This document shows, piece after piece, positions 28,364-38,503 of a stretch of 43,919 nt of DNA. A model generated the notes under the pieces. It saw only the letters and a program-made list of their open reading frames with translations, made no database searches and had not been told where the DNA came from. Positions within the stretch are counted from its first letter, which is position 1. Every line of letters starts with the position of its first letter. Origin of the DNA: a bacterium (GTDB lineage Bacteria > UBA9089 > CG2-30-40-21 > SBAY01). The translations under genes and the position numbers were made by a program. The stretch covers positions 1 to 43,919 of the forward strand of contig JBFLYA010000005.1 in the NCBI GenBank assembly GCA_040757115.1, read 5' to 3'.

Positions 28364-29710
28364 TTATTTCAAAACCTTTTCTTTTAAATTAATTGCTTCA
28401 TATACCTCGATTGGTTCTTCTAATCCTTTAATCATAATAGGTTCTAATTTAAGGAGATTTACTAAACTTGCTATTTTAAGATAAGTATTTTTATCAAGTA
28501 ATATTTGGTCTTTTTGGGCTAAGTTTTGAAGTCGAGCGGCTAAATTTACCCGCATTCCAATCGCCGTATATTCCATCCGTCTCTCAGAACCAATATTGCC
28601 TACTACTACCTCACCAGAAGTAATGCCTGCTCCAATATGAATAGATTCTTTCAGATTCTTATTAAATTCATTTAACATCTCTTTCATTTCTATCGCCGTC
28701 TTAACAGCTCGTAAAGCGTCATCTTCATGTTTAATTGGTGCACCATAAATAGCCATCAGCCCATCGCCCATAAACTTATCTACTGTCCCTTCATATTTAA
28801 AAACTACCTCAACCATCATCGTAAAAAACTCATTTAATAAATGCACTATTTTTTCTGCCGATAACTTTTCTGACACTTGAGTAAAACCACGAATATCAAC
28901 AAAGAGTGTCGTAACCTCTCTATACTCACCACCTAACCGAACACCTTCTATATTCTGTAAGATAGTATCTGCTACTTCTTTAGTTACATATCGTTCAAAG
29001 GTATGTTTCATCAATTGCTTTTCCTTCAAACTTCTTGCCATACGATTAAAGCTAAAAGTTAACTCACCCAGCTCATCTTTACTTTTAATAGGCAGGATAA
29101 TATCAAAATTCTCGTTACTAATTTCTTGTGCCCCTTTTGCTAATGTCGTGATTGGTTTAATAATAAATTTAACCAGGAAAATAGTGCCAATTATTCCAAT
29201 TAAAAGAATAATTAATGTCATCAAAATAATCCTATTTCGGGTTGCAAATAATATCTTATTAATCCCCTCCTTTGAAAAGCCAAGATAAACCGTGCCTATC
29301 TTTATGTCTTTTTGATAAATAGGGGTGCTAACATGAAATAGGTGGTTAGAGACTAAATTCTTATCCTCCTCATACAGCGTGTCTATTTTCATCATATCCT
29401 GATGTCCCTTAATTTTATCCTTTGCATCTACCACCACTATGTATAAAATATCCTTATCTTCTTCCATAGTGCGTTTAATTAAAGGGGAAAGGAAAAATTC
29501 AGGCTCTGGTTGGAGGAGTAATTTTTGGCTACTTTGGGCAATGAGTTTTAGTTGTGTCAAAATGCGTTTTTGTGTTTCGTCGGTAAGTGCCTTTTTCTGA
29601 TAGTCTAAGACACCCTTACCGATTAAAAGATAAATCCCAACAATGAGTAGACTAACGGCGAGGGTAAATTTAAGTTGTATTGATGTTTTTTTCTTAAATT
29701 TTGCTTCCAT
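28364..29710 (-). CDS. Membrane adenylate/guanylate cyclase (two TM, HAMP, class III cyclase)
   Basis: DELGELTFSFNRM; FVDIRGFT, DKFMGDG, EYTAIGMRVNLAARL. Confidence 0.93.
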   Translation of the reverse strand: MEAKFKKKTSIQLKFTLAVSLLIVGIYLLIGKGVLDYQKKALTDETQKRILTQLKLIAQSSQKLLLQPEPEFFLSPLIKRTMEEDKDILYIVVVDAKDKIKGHQDMMKIDTLYEEDKNLVSNHLFHVSTPIYQKDIKIGTVYLGFSKEGINKILFATRNRIILMTLIILLIGIIGTIFLVKFIIKPITTLAKGAQEISNENFDIILPIKSKDELGELTFSFNRMARSLKEKQLMKHTFERYVTKEVADTILQNIEGVRLGGEYREVTTLFVDIRGFTQVSEKLSAEKIVHLLNEFFTMMVEVVFKYEGTVDKFMGDGLMAIYGAPIKHEDDALRAVKTAIEMKEMLNEFNKNLKESIHIGAGITSGEVVVGNIGSERRMEYTAIGMRVNLAARLQNLAQKDQILLDKNTYLKIASLVNLLKLEPIMIKGLEEPIEVYEAINLKEKVLK

Positions 29711-29750
29711 TTTTAACTATTCATTCTTCACTGACTTCTTCTCTATTTTG

Positions 29751-30004
29751 GTAACTATTCAGCCGCGGATGGACACGGATGAAACACTGAAAATTCGTGA
29801 ATCGTATCCTGTATCCGTGTCCGTAATCAGGCTGAAGGCTGAAGGGCTTTTCTCCTTCTAACTTCCACCCCCTTAATCCCCGCCAGCGGGGGACAACCCG
29901 CCTCTGACCTCTGTCTTTTGTCCTCTGCCTTCTGCCCTCTGCCCTCTGTATTTATCCGTGCTAATCCGTGTTAATCAGTGGCTAAATAATTACTGAATAG
30001 TTAC
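29751..30004. mobile_element. GTAA...TTAC composite MITE with 8-bp target duplication CTATTTTG at the leuA stop
   Basis: GTAACTATTCAG ... CTGAATAGTTAC; CTATTTTG at 29743-29750 and 30005-30012; CACGGAT, GGCTGAA and CCTCTG repeat tracts. Confidence 0.85.
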
Positions 30005-31513
30005 CTATTTTGTTTGCATTAAGCGATTGATGGCATTAAGATATGCTTTAGCCGAAGCAACAATAATATCTGTGTCTGCCCCACGACCGACGAATATCCT
30101 TCCCTCTTTTTCAATACGAATAGTTACTTCACCCATCGCATCCATTCCACCTGTAACTGATTGGACTGCGAATTCAACTAATTTACAATTGGGATTGACT
30201 ATTTTATCAATGGCTTCGTAACTCGCATCTACCGGTCCTGAGCCAGCTGATTCTGTTTCTAATATTTGCCCTTTTGAAGTAATCAATTTTACCTTAGCCG
30301 TTGGTGTAATTTTATTTCCACACCACACCTCTAAAGAATCAAGTGAATAGGATTCTTCGACTATTGAAATTTCATCATTAATGATTGCCTCAATATCACT
30401 ATCTGTAATTTCTTTCTTTTTATCCGCCGTCTTTTTGAATACTTCAAATGCCTTTTCAAATTCATTCTCACTAATCTCATAACCTAATTCTTCTAATCTA
30501 TGTTTAAAGGCATGTCTTCCAGAAAGTTTTCCTAAGACAATTTTACTTGATGGAAGTCCAATACTTTGCGGGGTCATAATTTCATAAGTTGTTCGCTCTT
30601 TGAGGAAACCATCCTGGTGGATTCCGGATTCATGAGCAAAGGCATTTGCTCCGACGATAGCCTTATTGGGCTGAACTGGTATTCCTGTGTAGTGACTCAC
30701 CATTTTAGATGTTTTATAGATTTGGGTTGTATCCACATCGGTTTTAAGCCTAAAGAAGTCGGGTCTGGTTTTAACTCCCATCACGATTTCTTCTAAAGAG
30801 GCATTACCAGCCCGTTCACCAATGCCATTTATGGTGCATTCGATCTGTCGGACGCCCGCACGAATTGCGGCTAATGAATTAGCCACAGCCAATCCTAAAT
30901 CATTATGACAATGAACACTTAAAATCGCTTTAGAGATATTTGGGACATTGACGATGATATTTTTGATGAGATTGCCAAATTCTTCGGGAATAGTATAACC
31001 AACAGTATCCGGGATATTGATTGTTGTTGCCCCTGCAGAAATAGCTGATTCAATCATCTCGTATAAATATTCTACATCAGCCCTTGTCGCATCCATTGGT
31101 GAAAATTCAACATCATCGGTATAACTTTTAGCCAGGGCAACCATTTCTTTCACAATTTCGATTACCTCAGCCGGGGATTTGTGAAGTTGGTGTTCTATTT
31201 GTATGTTGGAGGCAGAGATAAAGGTGTGTATCCTGGGTTTTTTAGCGCCAGAGATTGCTTCCCATGCCCTATCTATATCTCCTTTTCGGGCACGAGCTAA
31301 GGCACAGATAGTTGGTCCTTCAATTGTTTGAGCAATTAGCCGAACTGCCTCAAAGTCACCAGGGGATGAAATTGGAAAACCAGCCTCAATAATATCTACC
31401 TGCAACCTGGCTAATTGTTTGGCAATCTCAAGTTTTTCTTTTATCTCCAGACTTGCTCCTGGCGATTGTTCGCCATCTCGTAATGTCGTATCAAATATGT
31501 ATATCTTCTCCAT
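30005..31513 (-). CDS. leuA: 2-isopropylmalate synthase (start ATG 31513)
   Basis: [44 protein letters not shown]-terminal regulatory domain. Confidence 0.96.
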   Translation of the reverse strand: MEKIYIFDTTLRDGEQSPGASLEIKEKLEIAKQLARLQVDIIEAGFPISSPGDFEAVRLIAQTIEGPTICALARARKGDIDRAWEAISGAKKPRIHTFISASNIQIEHQLHKSPAEVIEIVKEMVALAKSYTDDVEFSPMDATRADVEYLYEMIESAISAGATTINIPDTVGYTIPEEFGNLIKNIIVNVPNISKAILSVHCHNDLGLAVANSLAAIRAGVRQIECTINGIGERAGNASLEEIVMGVKTRPDFFRLKTDVDTTQIYKTSKMVSHYTGIPVQPNKAIVGANAFAHESGIHQDGFLKERTTYEIMTPQSIGLPSSKIVLGKLSGRHAFKHRLEELGYEISENEFEKAFEVFKKTADKKKEITDSDIEAIINDEISIVEESYSLDSLEVWCGNKITPTAKVKLITSKGQILETESAGSGPVDASYEAIDKIVNPNCKLVEFAVQSVTGGMDAMGEVTIRIEKEGRIFVGRGADTDIIVASAKAYLNAINRLMQTK

Positions 31514-31519
31514 TTTATT

Positions 31520-31790
31520 CTCCTGAAAATAGGAAGTAGAGAGTAGAGAGTAGAGAGTAGAAAGTAAAGAAAACATCACTCCCCACGCTTATCTCCTCAT
31601 CTCCCACCTTCTATCTCCTACCACTATTTTCATCCTCCTTTGTGCCCACTCCCTGTGGGCATGAGCGTTCTCCTGAAAATAGGCTGAAGGCGAAAGGCTT
31701 AAGGCTGAAGATTTTTTATCCTATGTCCTTCAGCCCTCAGCCTATTTTCATCGCTCTTTCTTCCACAGGTTAATGTTTGTTTCCCCAAAT
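31520..31790. repeat. Second ATTTTCA...TGAAAAT site array (half-site 31520-31530, full 31626-31680, degenerate ~31744-31790)
   Basis: Same unit as at 26533; first cargo 31531-31625 is homologous to 26323-26395. Confidence 0.85.
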
Positions 31791-31925
31791 GACTGACCCA
31801 TTACAAGTAGGAGAGTAAGAAAGTAAGAGAGGGAATAAGTAATTTTGGAAAAAACGATTTCCCTTGCCTACTTGCCTACTATCTACTTCCCTACTTTTTG
31901 GTGTTATGTTCGCCGAATTCCCAAT

Positions 31926-32783
31926 TTATAAATACCCACCTTTACCCCTTTTAGGAGAGAGGCTGACGGTTAATAAAAAGATAAGTCCAGCAATAATAAC
32001 CATCACCGCACCTGTTGGCACGTTTAGTCCCTTGTTTAGATTAAGATAATATGAAATCCAGATACCCAGAAATGATGAGGTAACACCAAATATAGCCGAT
32101 AAAATAACGGCTTTGCGAATATTATAGGTCAGCTGACAGGCAGAGGCTGCCGGGATAATAATCATTGCCACAACTAATAACTCCCCAACTGCCTTTAAAG
32201 AAGAAACAATTGTGCCGGCGACTAAACAAAGGAGAAAATAGAAGAGGAAAGTAGCCGGAAGACCAGAGGCATCAGCTAAATCCTGATTATAAGTAATAAA
32301 ATAAAATTCTTTAAAAAATAGGAGAATAACAAGAATGACAATTATCGTCGTGACGATAAGTAATTGAATTTCAAAAGCAGATGGAAGAATAAGCGTGCCA
32401 AAGATATAATGGCGTAATTCTTCTGCTTGCTCAGGTAAAACACCCATCAAAAAAAAGCCAATGGCCATAGTAAAAGCAAAGAAAATACCGATGGAGGCAT
32501 CTAATTTTAGTTCTGCTCGTTTGCTAATATGTCCAATGAGTAATGCCGTGCAAAGGCTGATGATAAGTGCCAGTGCAATTGGGCTGATGTTCAGAATGAA
32601 TCCAAGAGCAACACCTGCAAAAGCCGCATTGGCAATCCCTACTCCCATAAAAGAAAGCCCTCGCAAAATAACAAATACCCCAACCAGAGAACAGCTTAAT
32701 CCTACCAACATTGCAATCAGTAAAGATTTTTGCACAAAACTATATTTTAGAAATCCATATAGTTCAAATCCAGACAGGTCCAT
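31926..32783 (-). CDS. Mn/Zn-type metal ABC transporter permease (ZnuB/MntB family)
   Basis: GVFVILRGLSFMG.GIANAAFAG, YIFG, KAVGELLVVAMIIIPAASA; multiple TM helices. Confidence 0.9.
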   Translation of the reverse strand: MDLSGFELYGFLKYSFVQKSLLIAMLVGLSCSLVGVFVILRGLSFMGVGIANAAFAGVALGFILNISPIALALIISLCTALLIGHISKRAELKLDASIGIFFAFTMAIGFFLMGVLPEQAEELRHYIFGTLILPSAFEIQLLIVTTIIVILVILLFFKEFYFITYNQDLADASGLPATFLFYFLLCLVAGTIVSSLKAVGELLVVAMIIIPAASACQLTYNIRKAVILSAIFGVTSSFLGIWISYYLNLNKGLNVPTGAVMVIIAGLIFLLTVSLSPKRGKGGYL

Positions 32784-32784
32784 A

Positions 32785-33570
32785 TTACTCTCCCCCTTCG
32801 TCAACTAAAAAGAAATAGTGATTATTATGAGAAAATATTGTTACTTTTACTTTATATAAATCACCTAAAACCTGTTCATTTAAGATTTCCTTAGGCGTCC
32901 CAATTTTATAGATAGACTGATTCAAACAAATTATCCTATCTAGCGATTTACTTAAAAGATTGATTTCATGGGCAACATAAAATGTGGTTATTTGTTGAGT
33001 TTGATGGATTTCGTTTATTAAGTTAATAATAACATTTTGAGTGCCAATATCGATGTTTGCAGTAGGCTCATCTAAAAGAAGCATTTCAGGTTGTTGAGCT
33101 AATACTCTGGCAACCGCAACTCGTTGTTGTTGGCCCGAGGATAGATGTCCAAATGGTGTATTCACATATTCTTTCATCCCTACTTTTTCTAATGATTCAA
33201 GCACTATTTTTTTATCTTCTTTAGCAGGGTTCTTGAAAAAGCCTATTCTGGCAAATCTCCCCATCATTACGACATCTCTGACTTTAATAGGGAAGTAACG
33301 GTCTATTTCTGGATTTTGAGGGATATAGCCAATTTTATTTCTAATTCTGCCTCTTAACCTGCCCTGTTTTCCCCAGATCTTAATTTTGCCCGAACTGGGT
33401 TTTAATAAGCCTAAAATGAGTTTCAGAAGGGTAGTTTTACCTGAACCATTAGGACCAATTATGCCGACAAACTCTCCTTTAAAAATACTCAAGTCTATAT
33501 TAGATAGTGCAATTTTTTCCCCATATTTAACTGTAATATTTGATAATTCAATTATTGTTTCTTTTCCCAA
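32785..33570 (-). CDS. Metal ABC transporter ATP-binding protein (ZnuC/MntA family)
   Basis: GPNGSGKTT, LSSGQQQR, LLLDEPT. Confidence 0.92.
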   Translation of the reverse strand: MGKETIIELSNITVKYGEKIALSNIDLSIFKGEFVGIIGPNGSGKTTLLKLILGLLKPSSGKIKIWGKQGRLRGRIRNKIGYIPQNPEIDRYFPIKVRDVVMMGRFARIGFFKNPAKEDKKIVLESLEKVGMKEYVNTPFGHLSSGQQQRVAVARVLAQQPEMLLLDEPTANIDIGTQNVIINLINEIHQTQQITTFYVAHEINLLSKSLDRIICLNQSIYKIGTPKEILNEQVLGDLYKVKVTIFSHNNHYFFLVDEGGE

Positions 33571-33595
33571 CTTTTTCTCCTGAAAATACTTTTTG

Positions 33596-33894
33596 GTAAC
33601 TGTTCACCGCAGAGACACAGAGACGCAGAGAAAAATACACCCCTACCCCCTCTCAAGAGGGGAAAATCTATGGACAATACGCAGAAATTCCATCCCTGAT
33701 TTTCATCACGGCAAGATTTTGAGTACAACAACATCAAAATTGATTAACAAATCTGACTTGCCTGCTGAACATTCGACAAGCAGGTCCTATGTATTTCAAT
33801 AGATGCACCAATAATCTTTTCTGTTATCTGATTTATTTCTATATCTTCTCTGTTTCTCTGCGTCTCTGCGGTGAATTACTATCTGAACGCTTAC
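33596..33894. mobile_element. IS66-like-ended MITE containing an internally deleted GxxExxY gene (minus strand)
   Basis: GTAACTGTTCACCGCAGAG ... CTCTGCGGTGAA...CTGAACGCTTAC; minus strand reads EINQITEKIIGASIEIHRT ... LLINFDVVVLK. Confidence 0.85.
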
Positions 33895-33896
33895 TC

Positions 33897-34505
33897 TTAA
33901 TGAGTATGAGTATGCGAATGAGTTTCTTCTTCTTGTTTCTTTCCAGGGATAATTTTCATACTTTCAATCATTTTCACGACCTTAGGTAGATCCTCTTCTT
34001 TATTTTGAAAGAAAACCGTAATCTGTAAATTCCTATTCTTAGGAAATGCCTCAATCCTTGTGCGATAAAATTCAGTAAAGAGTTTTTTATGTTTTGTTTG
34101 AAAATAATATGCATCAACATCTTTTATATCCATTTTTTCAACCTTGATTGGTTCGCCTAAAACACCTAATTCCTCAAGTATAAGTAAGGAGGCGGCACTC
34201 TGAAAATCCTCAGGATTTTCAAATGCCTTTTTATATTCCTTATGAACAGCATAAACATTTTCTCTCCAGAAAATTACTGCACATCTTGTTATTTTTTCGG
34301 AAGAAAAGCAAACGGCTTTGTTTTTATCCTCATTAACCTTTTCATATTCCGGAAATAACCTGATAGAAAATCCATTATTTGGACTTGTATAAAGTTGTCC
34401 CTCTTCTTCCAGATTAACTAATTTTTGATTAGTCTGTGGAGTAGGTTTATTACAACCTGCTCCAACTATTAACAAACATAGCACACTTAAAAAAATTTTT
34501 TTCAT
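33897..34505 (-). CDS. Lipoprotein with His-rich C-terminal tail
   Basis: Lipobox GAGC; ends ETHSHTHTH. Confidence 0.75.
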   Translation of the reverse strand: MKKIFLSVLCLLIVGAGCNKPTPQTNQKLVNLEEEGQLYTSPNNGFSIRLFPEYEKVNEDKNKAVCFSSEKITRCAVIFWRENVYAVHKEYKKAFENPEDFQSAASLLILEELGVLGEPIKVEKMDIKDVDAYYFQTKHKKLFTEFYRTRIEAFPKNRNLQITVFFQNKEEDLPKVVKMIESMKIIPGKKQEEETHSHTHTH

Positions 34506-34550
34506 TTCTTTTATTTTCCTCCTTTTTTATCACAGAGCAGAAAACAAAGG

Positions 34551-34916
34551 TTAGAAATCTGACCTCGTCCCTCTATCCTCAGTCTTCTTTTCCTTATCCA
34601 GTTGCAATGCCTTAACAAATGCCTCAACAGACTCTTTATCTTTACCCAATTGCTCATAGAGGTCGCCGAGTGTATAATACAATGAGGCATCCGTCGGGTC
34701 TAAGTCGATGGCTTTATTTAATTCCAAAACCGCTTTTTCGTAATCTTTCTTTTCAATATAATCGTCTACTTTTTTAAGGATTTGTTGTTTTTGAATACCT
34801 GCATCCTCTTGTAATTCCTGCATACTGGTAATAATCTTTGGTTGTTCTACTTCTTTTTTGGCGGGACAACCACTCAATATAAATCCTATTAATATAAAAA
34901 TTACCCATTTATTCAT
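34551..34916 (-). CDS. TPR-repeat lipoprotein
   Basis: Lipobox LSGC; YEKAVLELNKAIDLDPTDASLYYTLGDLY. Confidence 0.85.
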   Translation of the reverse strand: MNKWVIFILIGFILSGCPAKKEVEQPKIITSMQELQEDAGIQKQQILKKVDDYIEKKDYEKAVLELNKAIDLDPTDASLYYTLGDLYEQLGKDKESVEAFVKALQLDKEKKTEDRGTRSDF

Positions 34917-35005
34917 AATTGATTAATTATACATTAAATATTTTTACCTGTCAACTTTTTTTCTTCTTGACTTTTTATAAAATTTATGATAATGTAGTAA
35001 TCGAA

Positions 35006-38000
35006 ATGGTTATTGATTTAGAACAAAAGGATAGTTTAAGATTTATACTTAAACAGAAATCCAGAGATTATTATTTTAAATTCTTTTCTATTCTTAATGA
35101 ACTTAATAAGATTCAGACAGGCGGAGATGTAGTCTATCATGCTCAACATGGAGTTAAACATTGTGAAATCGTAGAACAAAACCTAAATGACCTACTCCCG
35201 GCTACCCTCAAGCGTAAAATGAATCATAAGGAGATATTTTGTATGCTATTGGCGGTTTGGTTTCATGATGTTGGAGAAATATTTGATGAAAAAGGTAAAG
35301 GATATACGCATATCAGAAGTCATGATTATATTTATAAACATTATGAAGATTGGAAACTTGATGAATCTAATGCACATTTCATTACACAAATTTTAAAGGA
35401 ATCCGCAAAAGAAACAGAAGAAAAAATAATATTAGAAGATGACCGAACTTTAGTTAGGTTTTTAGCTTATTTACTTCGGCTATCAGATAAATTAGATATT
35501 GGAAATAGCAGTGTGCCTCGCGAACTTCTTACCCCCTGGAAAAGGTCATTTAAAGACCACACCGTGCTATCTCTTTTAAAGGAAAGATTTGATGTTGATT
35601 TGAAAATTGATTCAGAACACTGGATAATTTGTGCCTATTTAAACCCAAAATCAGAACTACTTGCTAACACAGAACTTATAAATGATATTTATGATAAGAT
35701 ACAAATAAGATTAAATAAAGACCTTGATTCTTTCAAAGAAGTTTTTTATCAAAATGGCCTGGGCTATCAAAAAATTAAACTCATTCTTTCATCAAAAATT
35801 AAAGAAAAGGAAGTTTTGGTGAAAAACAAACCCCTCCAAATTTCCCCTTACAAATTCCTTCATTATTATGAAACTTACGATAAAGATTTATTTTGGGGAC
35901 GAGAAGAGGATATTTCTAAATTTGTAGGTCATATTTTGATTAATAAATTAGTTGTTATCTATGGAGATGCCTTGATAGGAAAGACATCTTTGATTAAAGC
36001 CGGAATTATTCCAAAATTATCCGAAGGGAATATTGCTATTTACATCAATTGTAACCGTGACCCGTTGAATTTGATTAAAGAAGAGGTTGAAAAAGAATTC
36101 AAACGGGAGAGAATCCGAAGCTTCAAATTAGATAAATCATTGTCATTAGTAGATTTTTTCAAAAATATCGATTTACCTTATTCTATTATTATCTTTATTG
36201 ACCATTTTGAGAATTTCTTTAAACAGGTAGGTAAAGAGGCACAGGAAGAATTTATAAATGAAATAGCAACCTGCACTTATGCCGATAAACCTCTAGTTAA
36301 ATTTATATTTGCCATACAAAAAGATCTTTTTGTTCATTTAGGCAGTTTTAAGGATAGATTACCGGAGCTATTTCAGAACGCCTTTGAATTAACAAAACTT
36401 ACTGAATCTCAGGCATTAGAGGCAATTGAATGTCCAGCCAAATTGTTTAATATTGAATATGCCAGAGAACTTTTAGAGGCATTAATCTGGGATATTAGAG
36501 ATGAGCAAGATTTAATCCAGCCAATTCATATTCAAATCGTATGTAATAAATTAGTCCAAACCCTGAATCCTGAGTTGTTAAGGGATATATTACCCCAAAC
36601 AATAAGTTATGAATGGTATGATGACCTGGGTGGAGTTCAAGGGATTTTATCAGATTACCTTGAAGATACATTAAGAAAAATGAACGAGCTATCTGTGGAT
36701 GAAAAAGAGCAGGCAAAAGGTATTTTGAAGGTAATGGTTACTTCTTTTGACTCACATCCAGAAATGAATATCCAGCAAATCTGCTCTTTTATTAAAATTG
36801 AAGAAGATAAATTAAATATGATATTAGATTGTTTAGTAAATTATTCCCTACTGCGAAAAGTAAAAAAGGATACCTATGAATTAATTTCCAATTATTTAAT
36901 TAATAGTATTACTAAAAAGTGGCTAACTCGAAAAGATATAGAATTACGGCAGATTATTGAAAATATCAATAAGGCATTAGATGATTGGCGGGCACATCAT
37001 TGGCGAATGGATATTAACTTATTGAGTAAGGCATATCTATATCGAGAAGATTTACCTGCATCAGAAGAAACATTAGAACTTTTACTGCGTAGTTCTCTGG
37101 AACACAATTTCCCGGCGTGGTTCTGGATTCGTAAGATTGAACCTGACGAACTCAAGAAAGTGCTTGTTGATGCTATTAAAACAGCAGATAGTAATGGGAT
37201 AAAGAGAATTATTGATATTTTAGACAAAGATGGCATTTTAGCCTTAGACCATCTTATTCTTAGATTAAATGACCCGGTAACAGAGGTAAGAAAAGCCGTT
37301 ATAGAGGCGTTAGGTTGTCTGAAGGACCCAAGAACAATAGACTATCTTTTGCAAAGATTAAGTGATTCAGATTTAGATGTTCGAGATGGGACGATAAAAG
37401 CCTTATGTAATTTTGGTAGTCCAAGGATATTAGAGATATTTATTTCTCAATTAGAGAATTCAGATTGGCGAGTAAGAAAGGCGGCCGCAGATGGTTTAGG
37501 GATTTTAAAAGCATCTAAATCGTTGGAATTATTATTTACAAAAATCAATGACCCGGACTCTGAGGTTAGAAAATCAGTGGTGACGGCTCTGGGTAAACTG
37601 GGTAATCTCAAAGCCCAAACACCACTTATTCGTCGATTGAAGGATTCTCACGCGGAGGTAAGAGAGGCGGCGGCTAAAGCACTTGGGAATCTAAGTAGTG
37701 TGTCTGCGGTTGATGACCTTTTATTATGTTTTAATGATAAGGTTTGGCGAGTAAGAGAAGCCGCGGCTATTGCCTTAGGTAAATTAAAGGATGAAAAGGC
37801 ATTAGAGCCTTTATTAGAAATGGCGAATGACCCGGATACCGATGTTCGTAAGGCAGTTGCTGAGGCACTCGGTAATTTACAGACACCACGAACGATGCAA
37901 ATCCTGTTTAATATGCTTGCGGAATCTGAATGGTGGAAAAAAGAAATAGCCACTATTGCCCTTGGTAAATCAAAAGATACAAAGGCGTTAGAGCTTTTTC

Positions 38001-38398
38001 TGGAAGGATTAGATGACCCTGATTGGCGAGTTAGAGTGACAATGGCTAATGGATTAAAATTACTAAGTATAACTGATACAAAAATAGAAGATGCTATAAT
38101 TGAAAGACTTCGTGACCCACATGAAGAAGTTCGAAAAATAGCTATTATTGCCTTAGAAAACTTAGGCACAGAAAAGGCTATCACACCAATTATATCCTGT
38201 CTTAATGATTCTTATGAACCTGTCCGAATAGCCTGCGTTCAAACGCTTGGGAGTATTGGCAATTTAGATGTCTTAGAACCTTTGCTGAATGGAATCAATG
38301 ATAGCTCTCCAGAAGTTAAAAATACCTGCCTGGTAGCATTACAAAAAATTGATGAAAAATTCTATCGCAAAAATATTTTGGATAGTAGTGAGGTGTGA
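35006..38398 (+). CDS. HD-domain + nSTAND1-like NTPase + HEAT-repeat protein (start probably ATG 35006)
   Basis: HGVKH...WFHDVG...LRLSDKLD; PYKFL...LFWGRE...YGDALIGKTSLIKAG...FIDHFE; about a dozen L.D....VR..A..ALG repeats. Confidence 0.85.
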   Translation: MVIDLEQKDSLRFILKQKSRDYYFKFFSILNELNKIQTGGDVVYHAQHGVKHCEIVEQNLNDLLPATLKRKMNHKEIFCMLLAVWFHDVGEIFDEKGKGYTHIRSHDYIYKHYEDWKLDESNAHFITQILKESAKETEEKIILEDDRTLVRFLAYLLRLSDKLDIGNSSVPRELLTPWKRSFKDHTVLSLLKERFDVDLKIDSEHWIICAYLNPKSELLANTELINDIYDKIQIRLNKDLDSFKEVFYQNGLGYQKIKLILSSKIKEKEVLVKNKPLQISPYKFLHYYETYDKDLFWGREEDISKFVGHILINKLVVIYGDALIGKTSLIKAGIIPKLSEGNIAIYINCNRDPLNLIKEEVEKEFKRERIRSFKLDKSLSLVDFFKNIDLPYSIIIFIDHFENFFKQVGKEAQEEFINEIATCTYADKPLVKFIFAIQKDLFVHLGSFKDRLPELFQNAFELTKLTESQALEAIECPAKLFNIEYARELLEALIWDIRDEQDLIQPIHIQIVCNKLVQTLNPELLRDILPQTISYEWYDDLGGVQGILSDYLEDTLRKMNELSVDEKEQAKGILKVMVTSFDSHPEMNIQQICSFIKIEEDKLNMILDCLVNYSLLRKVKKDTYELISNYLINSITKKWLTRKDIELRQIIENINKALDDWRAHHWRMDINLLSKAYLYREDLPASEETLELLLRSSLEHNFPAWFWIRKIEPDELKKVLVDAIKTADSNGIKRIIDILDKDGILALDHLILRLNDPVTEVRKAVIEALGCLKDPRTIDYLLQRLSDSDLDVRDGTIKALCNFGSPRILEIFISQLENSDWRVRKAAADGLGILKASKSLELLFTKINDPDSEVRKSVVTALGKLGNLKAQTPLIRRLKDSHAEVREAAAKALGNLSSVSAVDDLLLCFNDKVWRVREAAAIALGKLKDEKALEPLLEMANDPDTDVRKAVAEALGNLQTPRTMQILFNMLAESEWWKKEIATIALGKSKDTKALELFLEGLDDPDWRVRVTMANGLKLLSITDTKIEDAIIERLRDPHEEVRKIAIIALENLGTEKAITPIISCLNDSYEPVRIACVQTLGSIGNLDVLEPLLNGINDSSPEVKNTCLVALQKIDEKFYRKNILDSSEV

Positions 38399-38503
38399 AA
38401 TTAAACATTTTCCAGCAATTCTTTAGCCATCTGAAGATGTAAATAAGGGAAAAATGGAAAAAGTGGGGCAGATTGTCCCACTTAAAAAGGAGGAAAAAAA
38501 TTT

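Noticed and set aside
31514-31579. N-terminal extension of LeuA ([16 protein letters not shown]...)
   Set aside because: Translation of the AGTAGAG repeat cargo; the RBS and conserved start are at 31513
33552-33989. Short ORFs 33552-33737, 33593-33802 and 33789-33989 (likewise 3364, 5572, 7425, 11593, 13293, 25823, 29643)
   Set aside because: They run through MITE repeat arms (SLRLCG, LNPLNP-type peptides) and have no family signal
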